Program-made: the position numbers and the translations under genes | Assembly (NCBI GenBank): GCA_017499595.2 | Contig: CM039008.1 | Span: 930,001-994,000, forward strand | Source of the DNA: Psilocybe cubensis | Lineage: Eukaryota | Direction of reading: 5' to 3' | DNA length: 64,000 bases | Notes under the pieces: generated by a model | What the model was told of the DNA's origin: nothing | The model's input: the letters and a program-made list of their open reading frames with translations, nothing else | The model's database searches: none | Shown here: positions 37,324 to 48,358 of the stretch, piece by piece | How positions within the stretch are numbered: position 1 is the stretch's first letter | Layout: each line of letters begins with the position of its first letter

Positions 37324-40300
37324 ATGCCACCTAACGTTCATCCTCCACCCAACGGATCTATGACCACAATCAATATGATGGATCGCATTCTTCTCGGACA
37401 CATATTCGCCCTACTACATTTTTTACAAAGCATCTACTTCAGAGTATTCAACACAACGTCCGCGAACTCTAGCCTCCGTCGGCCACCCAACGATTCTATG
37501 ACGTTAGTCGAGGTCCTTGACTTCCATGTCAAGCACAATACATATCGACCGGCTTACACTTTCTCTGAAGATGGGAAGTCAGAAGTGACGAACATATCTT
37601 ATCTTGAGTTTGGTCGTGCTGTAGACCGGGCTGCTCATCACATTAGGTCAGGAAGAAGAGGCCCAGATCGACAAGTCGTCGCGTTTGTTGCCCTCTCTGA
37701 TTCTTTGCTCTACCTGGCCATTTTAATGGGGATCCTTCGTGCAGGGATGGTGGTTAGTGCCAAAAAGCGTTGAAATTATTATTGAAGCTAATATCATCTG
37801 CAACTAGCCTTACCCTATGTCTCCTCGTAACACAGCTGCCGCCATAGTCAAATTGTTGAAGGAGTCCTCGTGTCACAGACTCATTGCAACCCAGGAAACT
37901 CTTCGACCTTTGCTCAATGAAATCAAAGCTGAACTGAAATCTGGAGAGAATGCCTATTATCTAGAAATTAACGAGGTCCCACCGCTCTTCGACATTTTCC
38001 CCAAACTAGGGTACGAAACACTGGAAGATCCGTTCGTGCCATACCCAAAGGTTCCACGGCCACCTATGGACGAAGTTTCGATGTATATGCATTCGTCTGG
38101 AAGCACGGGCATGCCAAAAACCATCATTCAGACCACCAGAATACTGATAGAGTGGTCGAAACTACGTGAGTGGAATGCCGTTAGCTGCTGAATAACAATC
38201 AAATTTGACATTACCATTCCAGCATATATCACTGATTGCAAGAGCAAGGTGGCTGCCATGGCGCTGCCCTCTTTTCATGGAATGGGTTTTATGGTCCAAC
38301 TTATGATAGGATATTACTCGGTTCAGCCTATCTGCTTGTATCCACCGGTCGTCACTACACCCACTGATCAGCCAATAACACCCAGTCCCGATAACATTAT
38401 AGACCACATTAAACGCACGGAAGCCAAAGCTCTCGTAATAGTACCTGCACTCCTCCAGATTTGGGCTAATGACAAGGAAGCTGTTCGTGTTTTATCTAGT
38501 CTGGACATTATTGTAAGTAGCACCAATTTTCTTTGTTCAATAGTATGTGGCGGGAACTTGAATTCATTTCCTTCTATTAATGTAGATCTACGCTGGAGGC
38601 GGTATTCCGTCCAAACTAGGCAACTACTTGACAGAATCTGGGGTACATCTTTGTTGTGTGTATGGAGCAACCGAGATCGGGGCTCCAACCTACTTTGGTC
38701 GCCGTAAAGAGGATGTCAAGGAATGGGACTACCTCGAATTCGCCGAATCTGTCAAAGTTCGTTGGGAACCTCAAGGAGATGGGACTTATGATCTCCAGTT
38801 TTTGGTGAGGCGATTATCATGGACTCTCAGCTGATTGCCCTTTTATTTATGTGCTTTCATAGGACTGTGATACGCATCACGTCGCTGTGAAAAATCTTCC
38901 TGATGCGAGCGGGTACGCCACCTCTGATTTATGGGTTCCTCACCCAACCAAATTCCACCTATGGAAAATGTACGTTATCTGAAAGGTTCAGAGCAATTTT
39001 TTGAGTCTGACATATTCATTAACCCACTGCAGAGTTGGCCGCAAAGACGATGTCATTGTGCATACATCTGGAGAAAAGACTGTTCCAGCTCCCATGGAAA
39101 ATATTCTTATGAGTAGTCCTTAGTAAGTGGTCGTACAGTACAGCAAATATTATTCTAATTACGCGTACACATACAGTATAATGGGCACCGTGATGTTTGG
39201 ACGAGATCGGGAGCAAGCTGGTGTACTTGTTGAGTTGAAACCTGCCTTTGCGATAGACCCCAGCAACGAGAAAGAACTCATCAAAATGCGCAATACCCTT
39301 TGGTCTGTCCTGTACTTTCTGTGACAATATGATACGTGAACTGACGGCATTTGTGGGTAGGCCAATTGTGGAAGAAGCAAACAAAATTGCCCCGGCGTTC
39401 AGTAGGATATTCAAAGAGATGATCCTGATCGCGTCACCTCAGAAGCCTCTACCACGGGCAGGAAAGGGCACTGTAATGCGGAAAGCTGCTATCAATGCTT
39501 ATGCCTCTGAAATTGATGCTATGTAAGGCTTTTGTGTTTATTCATTTTTGCATCTAGATATCCTGCTGACCGGTGTTCTCAGCTATGCACAAGTAAATGC
39601 TATTGTCGATTGCGAACGTGTTGCGTATCCTTCGTCGTGGAATATTGAAAATACAATGGCATGGCTGAAGAATGAAGTAGAAGAAATTCGATCTGGGCGG
39701 TCGATTTCTGTGGTAGACGACTTCTTCCATCAGGGTGTGGACAGGTATTCTGGATTTATTTCCTTTGGCTGAACGTCCTGTTTAATTAAATTTTGTCTGT
39801 GCAGCCTAGGCGCCACGATCCTTCGTCGGCGCATTGTTAACGCAATGAAGATGAACGATATGCTGAAAGCATCCCAACTTGTCTCGTATTCAACAATTTA
39901 CAAAAACTCTTCAGTGGAAAAGCTTGCACATTTCCTAGTTGGAGCCATCGCAAATCCGGAGGGCAATAATGCCATCAACCTGAAAAAGGACGACACCATT
40001 GAACTCATGATTAACAAATTTGCGAATGGGCTGTCTGTACAGGATCAGCCGGTCGATGGAGCCGTCGTTTTGCTCACTGGATCTACAGGCAACCTCGGAG
40101 CGCAGATTTTGGAAGCGCTGTTGCGAGACTCGAGGGTCAGTCGGGTATATGCCCTCAACCGTACATCTTCAGGGACACAATCTCTAAAGGAGAGGCAATT
40201 CGAGAGGTTTGTTGACAAGGGGTTTGATGTAGGACTCCTTGAGTCACCCCGACTGGTTCTGCTGGAAGGGGATGCGTCACAGAAGGGACTCGGTTTATCC

Positions 40301-41499
40301 ACCCATGTGTACAGTCAGGTAGGTTTCTAGGTTTCCACACTTTGATTCTTTCCCATGTTTCTAAAGTAAAATCATTTGTTTGATTCTAGATACTCAGCTT
40401 TGTCACTATCATCATTCACAATGCCTGGAAGGTGGATTTCAACCAGTCGCTTTCGTCTTTCGAACCAAATGTGCAAGGAACTCGTAACCTCATTGACCTG
40501 GCTCGCGCGAGTCGGCTTGGGTCCTCTGTCAAGTTCCTTTTTACGTCGTCAGTTTCAACCGCCTACTTATGGCACAAATCCTATGGAGCGTATCCTGAAG
40601 AGGTCGTCACTGATTCTCGTTACGCTTTTGGTATTGGCTATGGCGAGAGTAAATATGTGGCCGAAAGGGTTTGTTGTTGTCCTTCTTTACTATGTATCTT
40701 CCCCGGAGACTAATACCTCCACTTTCTTAGATTTTGGCTCGTAGTGGCTTGCAAGCCACGTCGTTCAGAATTGGCCAGATCACAGGAGGAACACCGAATG
40801 GTGCATGGGCTGTTACAGACTGGGTCCCGATTCTTGTAAAGTCAAGTATCGCGTTGGGGGCGCTTCCTTCTGCGATTGGTGTGCGTTGTCATTTCCTCTC
40901 GATAAAAGCGATATTTTAAGAGGCTCATATACATTCCAATTTCTATTCAGGTCGCTTCCTGGCTTCCTGCGCACGCCGTCTCACAGGCTATCCTCGATGT
41001 AGCCTGGTCATCAACATCGGAGCCTGCGCTAAACCTCGTGCATCCACGCCCCACCTCATGGAATGCCATATTTTGTCTCATAAACGAGGCGCTTGTTCGT
41101 GAGGGGGTTATTAAAGAGGAACTTCCGACTGTAACGTACCAGGAATGGCTTTCTCTTTTAGAGAAGAAAGCAGCGGCGTCGAATACTGAGTCTGCACAGA
41201 TTTTGAAGGATGTCGTAAGTCGGGTTGCTTTCAGTGTCTCTTGTTTGGAATCAACTGAAAATGTTGTTTTACCGCGTTCCTAGCCTGCTATCAAAATCAT
41301 TGATTTCTTCCGGCGGAGTGCAGCGATGGACGAGACTCTACGCCTGGAAGGCGACGAAACTGTTGAAAGTGGTGGTTTGCCCACGTTTTCGACTGTGAAG
41401 ATATCTTCACTTAGCGAGACGATGAGGACGTTGCCTCCTTTGGGAGAGGCAGATGTGTCGTTGTGGATGAAATACTGGAAGAATTCAAAACTGTTCTGA
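37324..41499 (+). CDS. NRPS-like enzyme with A-T-R architecture (adenylate-forming/carboxylic acid reductase), multi-exon
   Basis: A domain: YMHSSGSTGMPKTI, LPSFHGMG, YGATE, YATSDL, GRKDDVIVHTSGEK and LPRAGKGTVMRK. T domain: DDFFHQGVDSL (phosphopantetheine Ser). R domain: VLLTGSTGNLG, IIHNAWKVDFN and GYGESKYVAE. Stop at 41497-41499. Confidence 0.93.
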
Positions 41500-41687
41500 G
41501 CGCGTCAGTGTGTTTTTTATTCTTGTCGCCTTGATTATATGTAATTTATCAACAACCAGAAGGGGAAATGGCAAAATGTAAAGAAGGGTATATATTTTAT
41601 TTTACGTTGTACAAGTAATTTCAGAACGAATCAAACAAAACACTGTATTAGATTTGAAATCCGTTGAGGCCGGCAAGTCAAGTCGGT

Positions 41688-42257
41688 TCAGGGTTGTGTC
41701 GCATTACGCCGCAGTGTGGTGAGTATCATTAGCAGATTCTTGAGACGGGTTTCTTCAGGGCTCAGGTTTAATTCTTCCCCTCCTTGTTTTATACCATCAA
41801 GCGTATACTGAGGATGGAAATAATAGACAAGATCGTTAACGCCAGACACCAGACTCAGATAACAAGTAAGTACCTTCTGTGTGTTGGCTTTAGTCCTCTC
41901 AATGTCCGCTATTGTCTCCTGGATCCCTTGCATACCCCGCTTTAGCTCATCGCTCACCTTTGCCAATTCCGCAAGCCGCTCGCGAATGCGCGCGCTGCGT
42001 ACTGCGAGATCAGCACGGAATTGAGCATGGTAATGGGGGCGCGGTAGCATTTCTAGGCGAATTGACTCGCCAGGCTGCGGAAGGTCAGTTGCCGAGGGTT
42101 TGGGCGAGAAGACCTCTTGTTCTGCGGACGTAGTGCCAGGAATGGGGAGTTCATGTTGGATAGCCAGTGCGGACGTGGTTTCACTTCCAACGGTACCTTC
42201 GCTCGTTGGTTGGATAGCGGCGGTTTCCGATAGATTATTTGCTAAGTTGAAGCTCAT
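41688..42257 (-). CDS. Small hypothetical protein with a coiled-coil C-terminal half (probably one intron, ~41808-41873)
   Basis: 189-codon ATG-initiated ORF with a heptad-like region RIRERLAELAKVSDELKRGMQGIQETIADIERTK and an in-frame GT...CAG intron candidate. No recognised family. Confidence 0.55.
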   Translation of the reverse strand: MSFNLANNLSETAAIQPTSEGTVGSETTSALAIQHELPIPGTTSAEQEVFSPKPSATDLPQPGESIRLEMLPRPHYHAQFRADLAVRSARIRERLAELAKVSDELKRGMQGIQETIADIERTKANTQKVLTCYLSLVSGVNDLVYYFHPQYTLDGIKQGGEELNLSPEETRLKNLLMILTTLRRNATQP

Positions 42258-43083
42258 ATTGTTTAGTACTGGGTGCCACTGGTCAATTGCTCTGTTCCGT
42301 GTATCGCAATCGTATTGTGTCGCGGCCCTAAGGTGCTAAAGAATGAGGTTTATAAGAGAACTGGCCTGATCTATCAGATCAGCGAGAAATGATTCGAGCT
42401 GAGGGTATGTGTGTAAAGTGGCTCCGAGACGTGGTAATTAGTTGTGTAAACGCATGTGCCTATTCAAGTTTAAGCGCCGTCCGGATATTGCCGATATTGA
42501 TTATTGGGCCTTCAGGGCTTCACTCAAGCTTTACAAACGCAAGAGGTCCCTGATAAAGGAGATTCAGCTGGTTTTTCATAAATTTGTAGATTATGGGAAA
42601 GTTAGAATATACCTACTCATAAATTGCCACATTCTGAATAGCGACACATACAGTGGTCATTAATTAATTTGTCCACTTTTGTTAGTCTTGATTTAGGAAC
42701 GGTCCCGACATTGCTAAGAGGCCAGTTCCCATCTAAACAATGTTGAAATATCTCGAACAAACGTAAGTGATAACAAAGAGATTGAATCAGAGCTTTCCAT
42801 CCCCAAATGCACCCAGCTTTGAGGCTTCCGAAGACAAGTTTCCAGTCGATGGCAGTCAGACATTGAATTTAGATATGATGTTCATAAAGAGAATTTGATT
42901 GGTATTTCGGAGTGCAGGAGTAGTTTACTGGTTAGACGAAAACGAAGTTTTTTTTCAAAGGAGAGTTGGAGGAAAGCAAAGACCAAATATCTCACGTGAT
43001 TGAAATTACGGTGCGCGCTGTTTGGCACTGCATTCCCAACCAAACAAAAACTTTGCGGTCCTCGGCGTCTCTCCGCCATCTTC

Positions 43084-44961
43084 ATGAAGCTCTTCCTCCA
43101 GCTGCGCGCCCAGCTGTCCACGTCGCGTCCACCACGTCACCTCTTACGTATTCAACTGGGTACCCAGTTTCAGAGAAATCGGATAGGCATAAGACTTGCG
43201 CATGCCAGCAGCGGCAGCGGGAAGAATGGGCAGAGTAGCATCGGCGAACTCGAGGCGGCACATGCGAGTCTGCTGAATGTTGTTAGAGCGCGTGTGGAAG
43301 AGCGTAGAACTCTGTTGGCTAGGGTGCGTACGCTGCATGTGGAGAAAGAAAAATGAAACCAGAACTCATATATTATAACATATCTAAATGGATTTGTTAT
43401 TCAAATATTCGCAGATATCAGAGGACGTGTCGTTACAAGACGATAAAGTCGTGCTGCGCCGGTTCAAAGAGCTCGAGCCCATCGAGGACGCATGGAACAA
43501 ATGGCTAAGCACGCGCAAAGAATTAGACGACGCCATCCCCATGCTGGCCGACCCAGACCCATCCATGGCCTCCCTCGCCGACGAAGAAGTGTCTGCACTC
43601 ACAGAGACGCTGAGCACCTTCCTGCAGAGCACATTCCCCTCACTCCTCCTACCACCCTCACCCACCGCCCACCTCTCCGCGCTTATGGAACTCAAATCGG
43701 GTGTAGGCGGATCCGAGGCATCGCTATTCCTCGGCGACCTCTTGCGCATGTACCAGCGGCTTGTGAACAACAATACAATGGGCATGAATTGGACTGCGAG
43801 TGTGGTAGCTCAGAACGACGCGGAGGGAGGAGGGGTGAAAGATGCGACTGTTGAGTTTCGCGGAGAGGGCGCGTATGACGCGTTGAGGTGGGAGAGTGGC
43901 GTGCATAGGGTACAGCGCGTGCCGGCGACGGAGACGGCGGGGCGGACGCATACTAGTACAGTTGCTGTCGTGGTGCGTCTCTTCTTTCTCTTTATTCCTT
44001 TTCTTTTGCAATTGTTATGGAAAGCTTAATTTATTGGATGCTTGCGTGTATCGGACAGGTCCTACCTCTGGTCGAAGAATCGAGCCCACACGACGGTGAA
44101 GAGGAGCTGTTCACGATGGACGAAATCAAACTCGAGGTTATGCGCTCGCGCGGTGCTGGTGGGCAGGTACACGCCCTTTCTTTGACCCTTTAACTCTTCC
44201 ATCAATTGCCCACTGTCGATAAACTGACTATCTGTTTTTTTACTCCACAGCACGTCAACAAAACTGAATCAGCTGTGCGGCTGACGCACATACCGACGGG
44301 TATAACGGTGTCAATGCAGGATCAGCGGAGTCAACATCAGGTATGCTTCGTCTTTTTCTCCTTCATTAATATAATGTTCTCTCCCAACTGTCAGTTCGTT
44401 TGACGCAATCTACACATCCTACTTCTCATTCCCCAACTACACCCTCCCTTCCTTGATTTTCCTCCATGATGTCTTGAACAGTGTAATACTACACTACTTT
44501 TTATTTCGACCACTACCTACCGAACGAAATTAATAGCCAACGCTAATTTTCTCTCCTTCCCCGTATTTAAAAATAGAATCGACGACTGGCTTTCCAAGTC
44601 CTGCGCTCGCGCTTACTCGACATCAAGCTCCAGCGTGAGATGGAGGCGCGCCGCGACACACGACGGTCCCTCGTCAAAGGTGCTGACCGGAGCGAGAAGA
44701 TCCGGACGTACAACTATGCGCAGGTGAGTTTATCTTTTTTTTGGGTGTTGATATTGATTCTACGGGCTTCGTTCGCTATAACTGGCTGTCTGATGGTTTT
44801 TATTATATTAGGGGCGGGTGACAGACCATCGCATCGGGTTGACGCTTAAGAACCTGCATTCTGTGCTCGAGGGAGATGGGTTGCATGCCTTTATCGAGGC
44901 GGTGGGGAGAAGTTATAAAGAGGGCTTGTTGGCGGATATGTTGGAGGAGAAAGAGAAGTAG
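43084..44961 (+). CDS. MRF1: Mitochondrial peptide chain release factor 1
   Basis: Arg/Leu/Ser-rich presequence-like N-terminus; [25 protein letters not shown] (RF1 PxT motif), [31 protein letters not shown] and RVTDHRI. Confidence 0.94.
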
Positions 44962-45349
44962 CGTCGCGAAGTGCTGGTGGATGGTGGACTATACTACATC
45001 GAGACTTATCCGGGATGGTAATCCGAGCAGTAAGAGGACATTTTGGTCGAGGTGAAGATGGTTGGTTAGAAAGAAGGACGACTTTGGATGGGAAAAAGTA
45101 ACCTGTACATGCTATACGTGATGTGATACTAATACTTACTAATATTCTCCCTTCGTGATCTGCTGCCGCCATTCAGTACGCTGTATTCGAAAATACCGTT
45201 GGCAACATTCGATGAGAGGGAATACTTCGTAGAATTATCACCGGGCCATGTAGGTCCTCCACATTCATGCTAGTGAGTAGCAACAAAGTCGGATGGGCGC
45301 TTGTGCATTTATTTTTAGGTCAACCCCTGTTCATGACTGGGAGGGATAA

Positions 45350-46242
45350 CACGGGAGGCAAAGTCCAGCACGGTCAAAATTCAACCGTGCCCGTCACGGT
45401 TGAGATTTTGGGACCACGTAATCAAGCTGATGTCATTCCACAAGCACACTTTGCCAACGAAATTGTGTGTATTATATTTTCTAGATGTAGCAACAATGTG
45501 CACCTTAATGTTATTCATGTAAATTTTAGTATAAATATGCTCTAAGAGTTTGATTTGAGTTTTAAAGCCCACAGTGCCAATGGATTGGTGATAGTGTTCC
45601 AATTAGCAGTGGCATATTATTGCTTCTGCATTTAAAAGTAATTAGGAGTGGATGTATCTCAGTAACCTCAATTCCAACTGTAGTACACCTTGATAATATT
45701 CTAAACGCACTCTATATAATTATTTTACTGGCAAAAATACTGCTAGAGCAATTGATCCTCAATTGATTTTATTTTATCATATTCTTCAGTATAATTGTCG
45801 GTGCCAATTCAAAGCATAATAAAGTTCAAAAATACATTTAAACTATGACAAAAGCTGCCTAACTAATACCATATACTTTCACAGGATATGATCAAGCTTT
45901 CGGCTCACAGATAGTTGTCGCAGAGCAGTATGTGTAGTTAAGGTAGTTATTGCTGAATAGGCCTCCAAATTAAGCTATCTACATACTAATAGGAAGCATG
46001 AGACAAACTTAAGTATATGTATTAGCTCCCTATTTATCTGTTAAGCTTTGGAGTTTTGCATAATATTCACCATGACTCTTTTGAACAGCAAAATATGAGG
46101 TGAAGTCATGTCGAGAATAACAAGTCTTACGCTGATTAAATATTTAAATCTCCGACGGAAATCCGGCCCGCCTTTGTTCACTCGAATCTCAACCGCGACG
46201 GGCACGGTTGAAATTCTACCGTGCTGGACTTTGCCCCCCGTG
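45350..46242. mobile_element. Non-autonomous DNA transposon (MITE), 893 bp, ~58-bp TIRs, TAA target-site duplication
   Basis: Left end CACGGGAGGCAAAGTCCAGCACGGTCAAAATTCAACCGTGCCCGTCACGGTTGAGATT matches the reverse complement of the right end with about 5 mismatches. Flanked by TAA on both sides; AT-rich non-coding interior. Confidence 0.9.
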
Positions 46243-46787
46243 TAATCAAGTTCTAAGTATGCTTACTTTTCCGTCTATGTACTCAATTGGACACTCGGTC
46301 TTGTCGGTGTATCTGCAGCTTGCGCGCTCTTCCAGGTTCTCGACAAATGGACAAAGGCAGCATCAGAACTGAATAAACATTTGTCAGGCATTGCAAATCA
46401 ATTACCTAGATTGGCACCGATTATATCATCTGTGTACGGCACTTTGCTCGCAAATTACTAACTCATGTTCCCTCTGCCATTCCTTCTGCAATAGCTTCTT
46501 CCGTTCTTGGATGGGCCTTCTAGCTGCTCTGCGGAAGCGTCTATACCCGAATGACGTGAATTGTTATACGAAGTTTCCGGATCGACTGATCCTGGCCATA
46601 GTGATAAGTAATACTATTGTTAAGGTTTGAAAGACTACAGTAGAAACCTGGCTTATCCACTTTACTTGTACCCGCAGAAACTCAGAGTATAAGTACACAA
46701 TAAAACTGGCCAGATCGATAGCAAGCACTTCTCACTTGCCAGCTCCTGGTCTACACCTCGACTCAACAAGAACAACAATAATTCATT

Positions 46788-47787
46788 ATGACAACACTCA
46801 TCACAGGAGGAACGGGACGGTCGGGTCTCTCCCTCGCCAAGCTTCTTCGCGCTGCAGGACGCCCCGTCGTCATTGCATCCCGCGCAGGGACCGCCCCGGA
46901 GCCGTTCAAAGCCGTCAAGTTCGAGTGGTACGATGCGAGCACCTACGAAGGCGCCCTGAGCGACGCTTCAATTGACCGCGTATACGTCGTCGGACCTCCG
47001 GGCAGAAAGGAGTCGGCGATGGTCATAGACTTTATAGAGTTCGCCATCTCGAAGGGCGTGAAGCGCTTTGTGTTGATGTCTGCTGCGCCTTTCGAGCCCA
47101 AGGAGGAGTCGCCTATTCCTGCGATGGTCATTCACAAGTATCTCCTTGATAAAGGTGTGGATTATGTTGTCCTGCGACCGACTTGGTTCATCGGTGAGTA
47201 TTGCTTTGGTTAATTGGCATATATACTATTTGGTTTTGCGATGTGCATAATTGACTGCTGAATTTGGTAGAGAACTTCGGGTCCAACTTCCTGGCTAGCA
47301 TCAGGGACAACAACGAAATCTTCTCAGCTGCGCCGACTGGGCTTATCCCGTGGATATCGACAGAGGACGTTGCACAGGCTGCATTTGAGGCATTGACGGC
47401 TGAGCCAAGTCCCAACAAGGACATCATAATTGTCGGTCCAGAGCTACACTCTTACCCCGATGTAAGGTTTTCGACAAATGCGACGTGAAAAAATGACTGA
47501 CTCGATGTATCACTTTTAATCAGGCTGCCAAAATCGCAACCGAGGTGCTTGGTCGACCGATCGTGTATAAGGAAATTACTGTAGAGGAGCACGCTGCGCG
47601 TTACGCTAAGGCGGGTCTCGACCCCGATTTCTCCAAAGTCCTTGCAGGTATGGACAAGGTTATTGAAGCGGGAACGGAAGAGTCCTATTTCAAAGACCAG
47701 AAGCTAGCCGCCGAGGGACGGAAGTATGTAGGAACGCGTACCCTGCGTCAATACTTCCAGGATAACAAGGCGTTGTGGAGCAAGTAA
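46788..47787 (+). CDS. NmrA-like NAD(P)-binding oxidoreductase, EasG/agroclavine-festuclavine dehydrogenase-like (3 exons)
   Basis: TLITGGTGRSG Rossmann motif, KGVKRFVLMS, VVLRPTWFI|ENF, IPWISTEDVA, GPELHSY and VLGRPIVYKEIT. Confidence 0.85.
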
Positions 47788-48358
47788 AGATTGAAACTAT
47801 TGGATTAACGACTAAGTGGCCAGTATAAGATTGGCAGGTGGGGAGGGGTCCCAGTCCTACATGATAGTAATTTTTGAGCCCTCGTAAAGCAGAAGTAACC
47901 AAATGTTGAGATTCAGCAGATAATAATTCTGGTAAACATAAGCATAAGTAGGAAAATGAGGAAACAAGCGAGAAGGATGAGTTGCTGGGTCGCATCGACG
48001 GTCGCCTCTGCCAAGTCGACACAATATTTATTTTTAGTGCAGCCAGCTCTAAATCCAGCAAGTACATTACCCAATCGGGACATCTAGTACCCGTACCGTC
48101 TTGGATCCAAGTCAAATAAAACCAATCATTAGACAGTGTAACCTTAACTGTAAAATGCAAGTGTTAGCAGATGAGATTGAATGTTATAAAGAGGTATAAT
48201 ATTACAGCGTGCTTCCTAGAAAACGATACATTCACTCCAACAGAATATCCCTGGGTAACAAACAAATTTTAAACAACCCTATACCCCAGCAAAATAAAAG
48301 AAAGCAAAACAGAATAAAAAAACAAGAAAACCAGGCGTCTACTAAGCAGTGGCATAAA

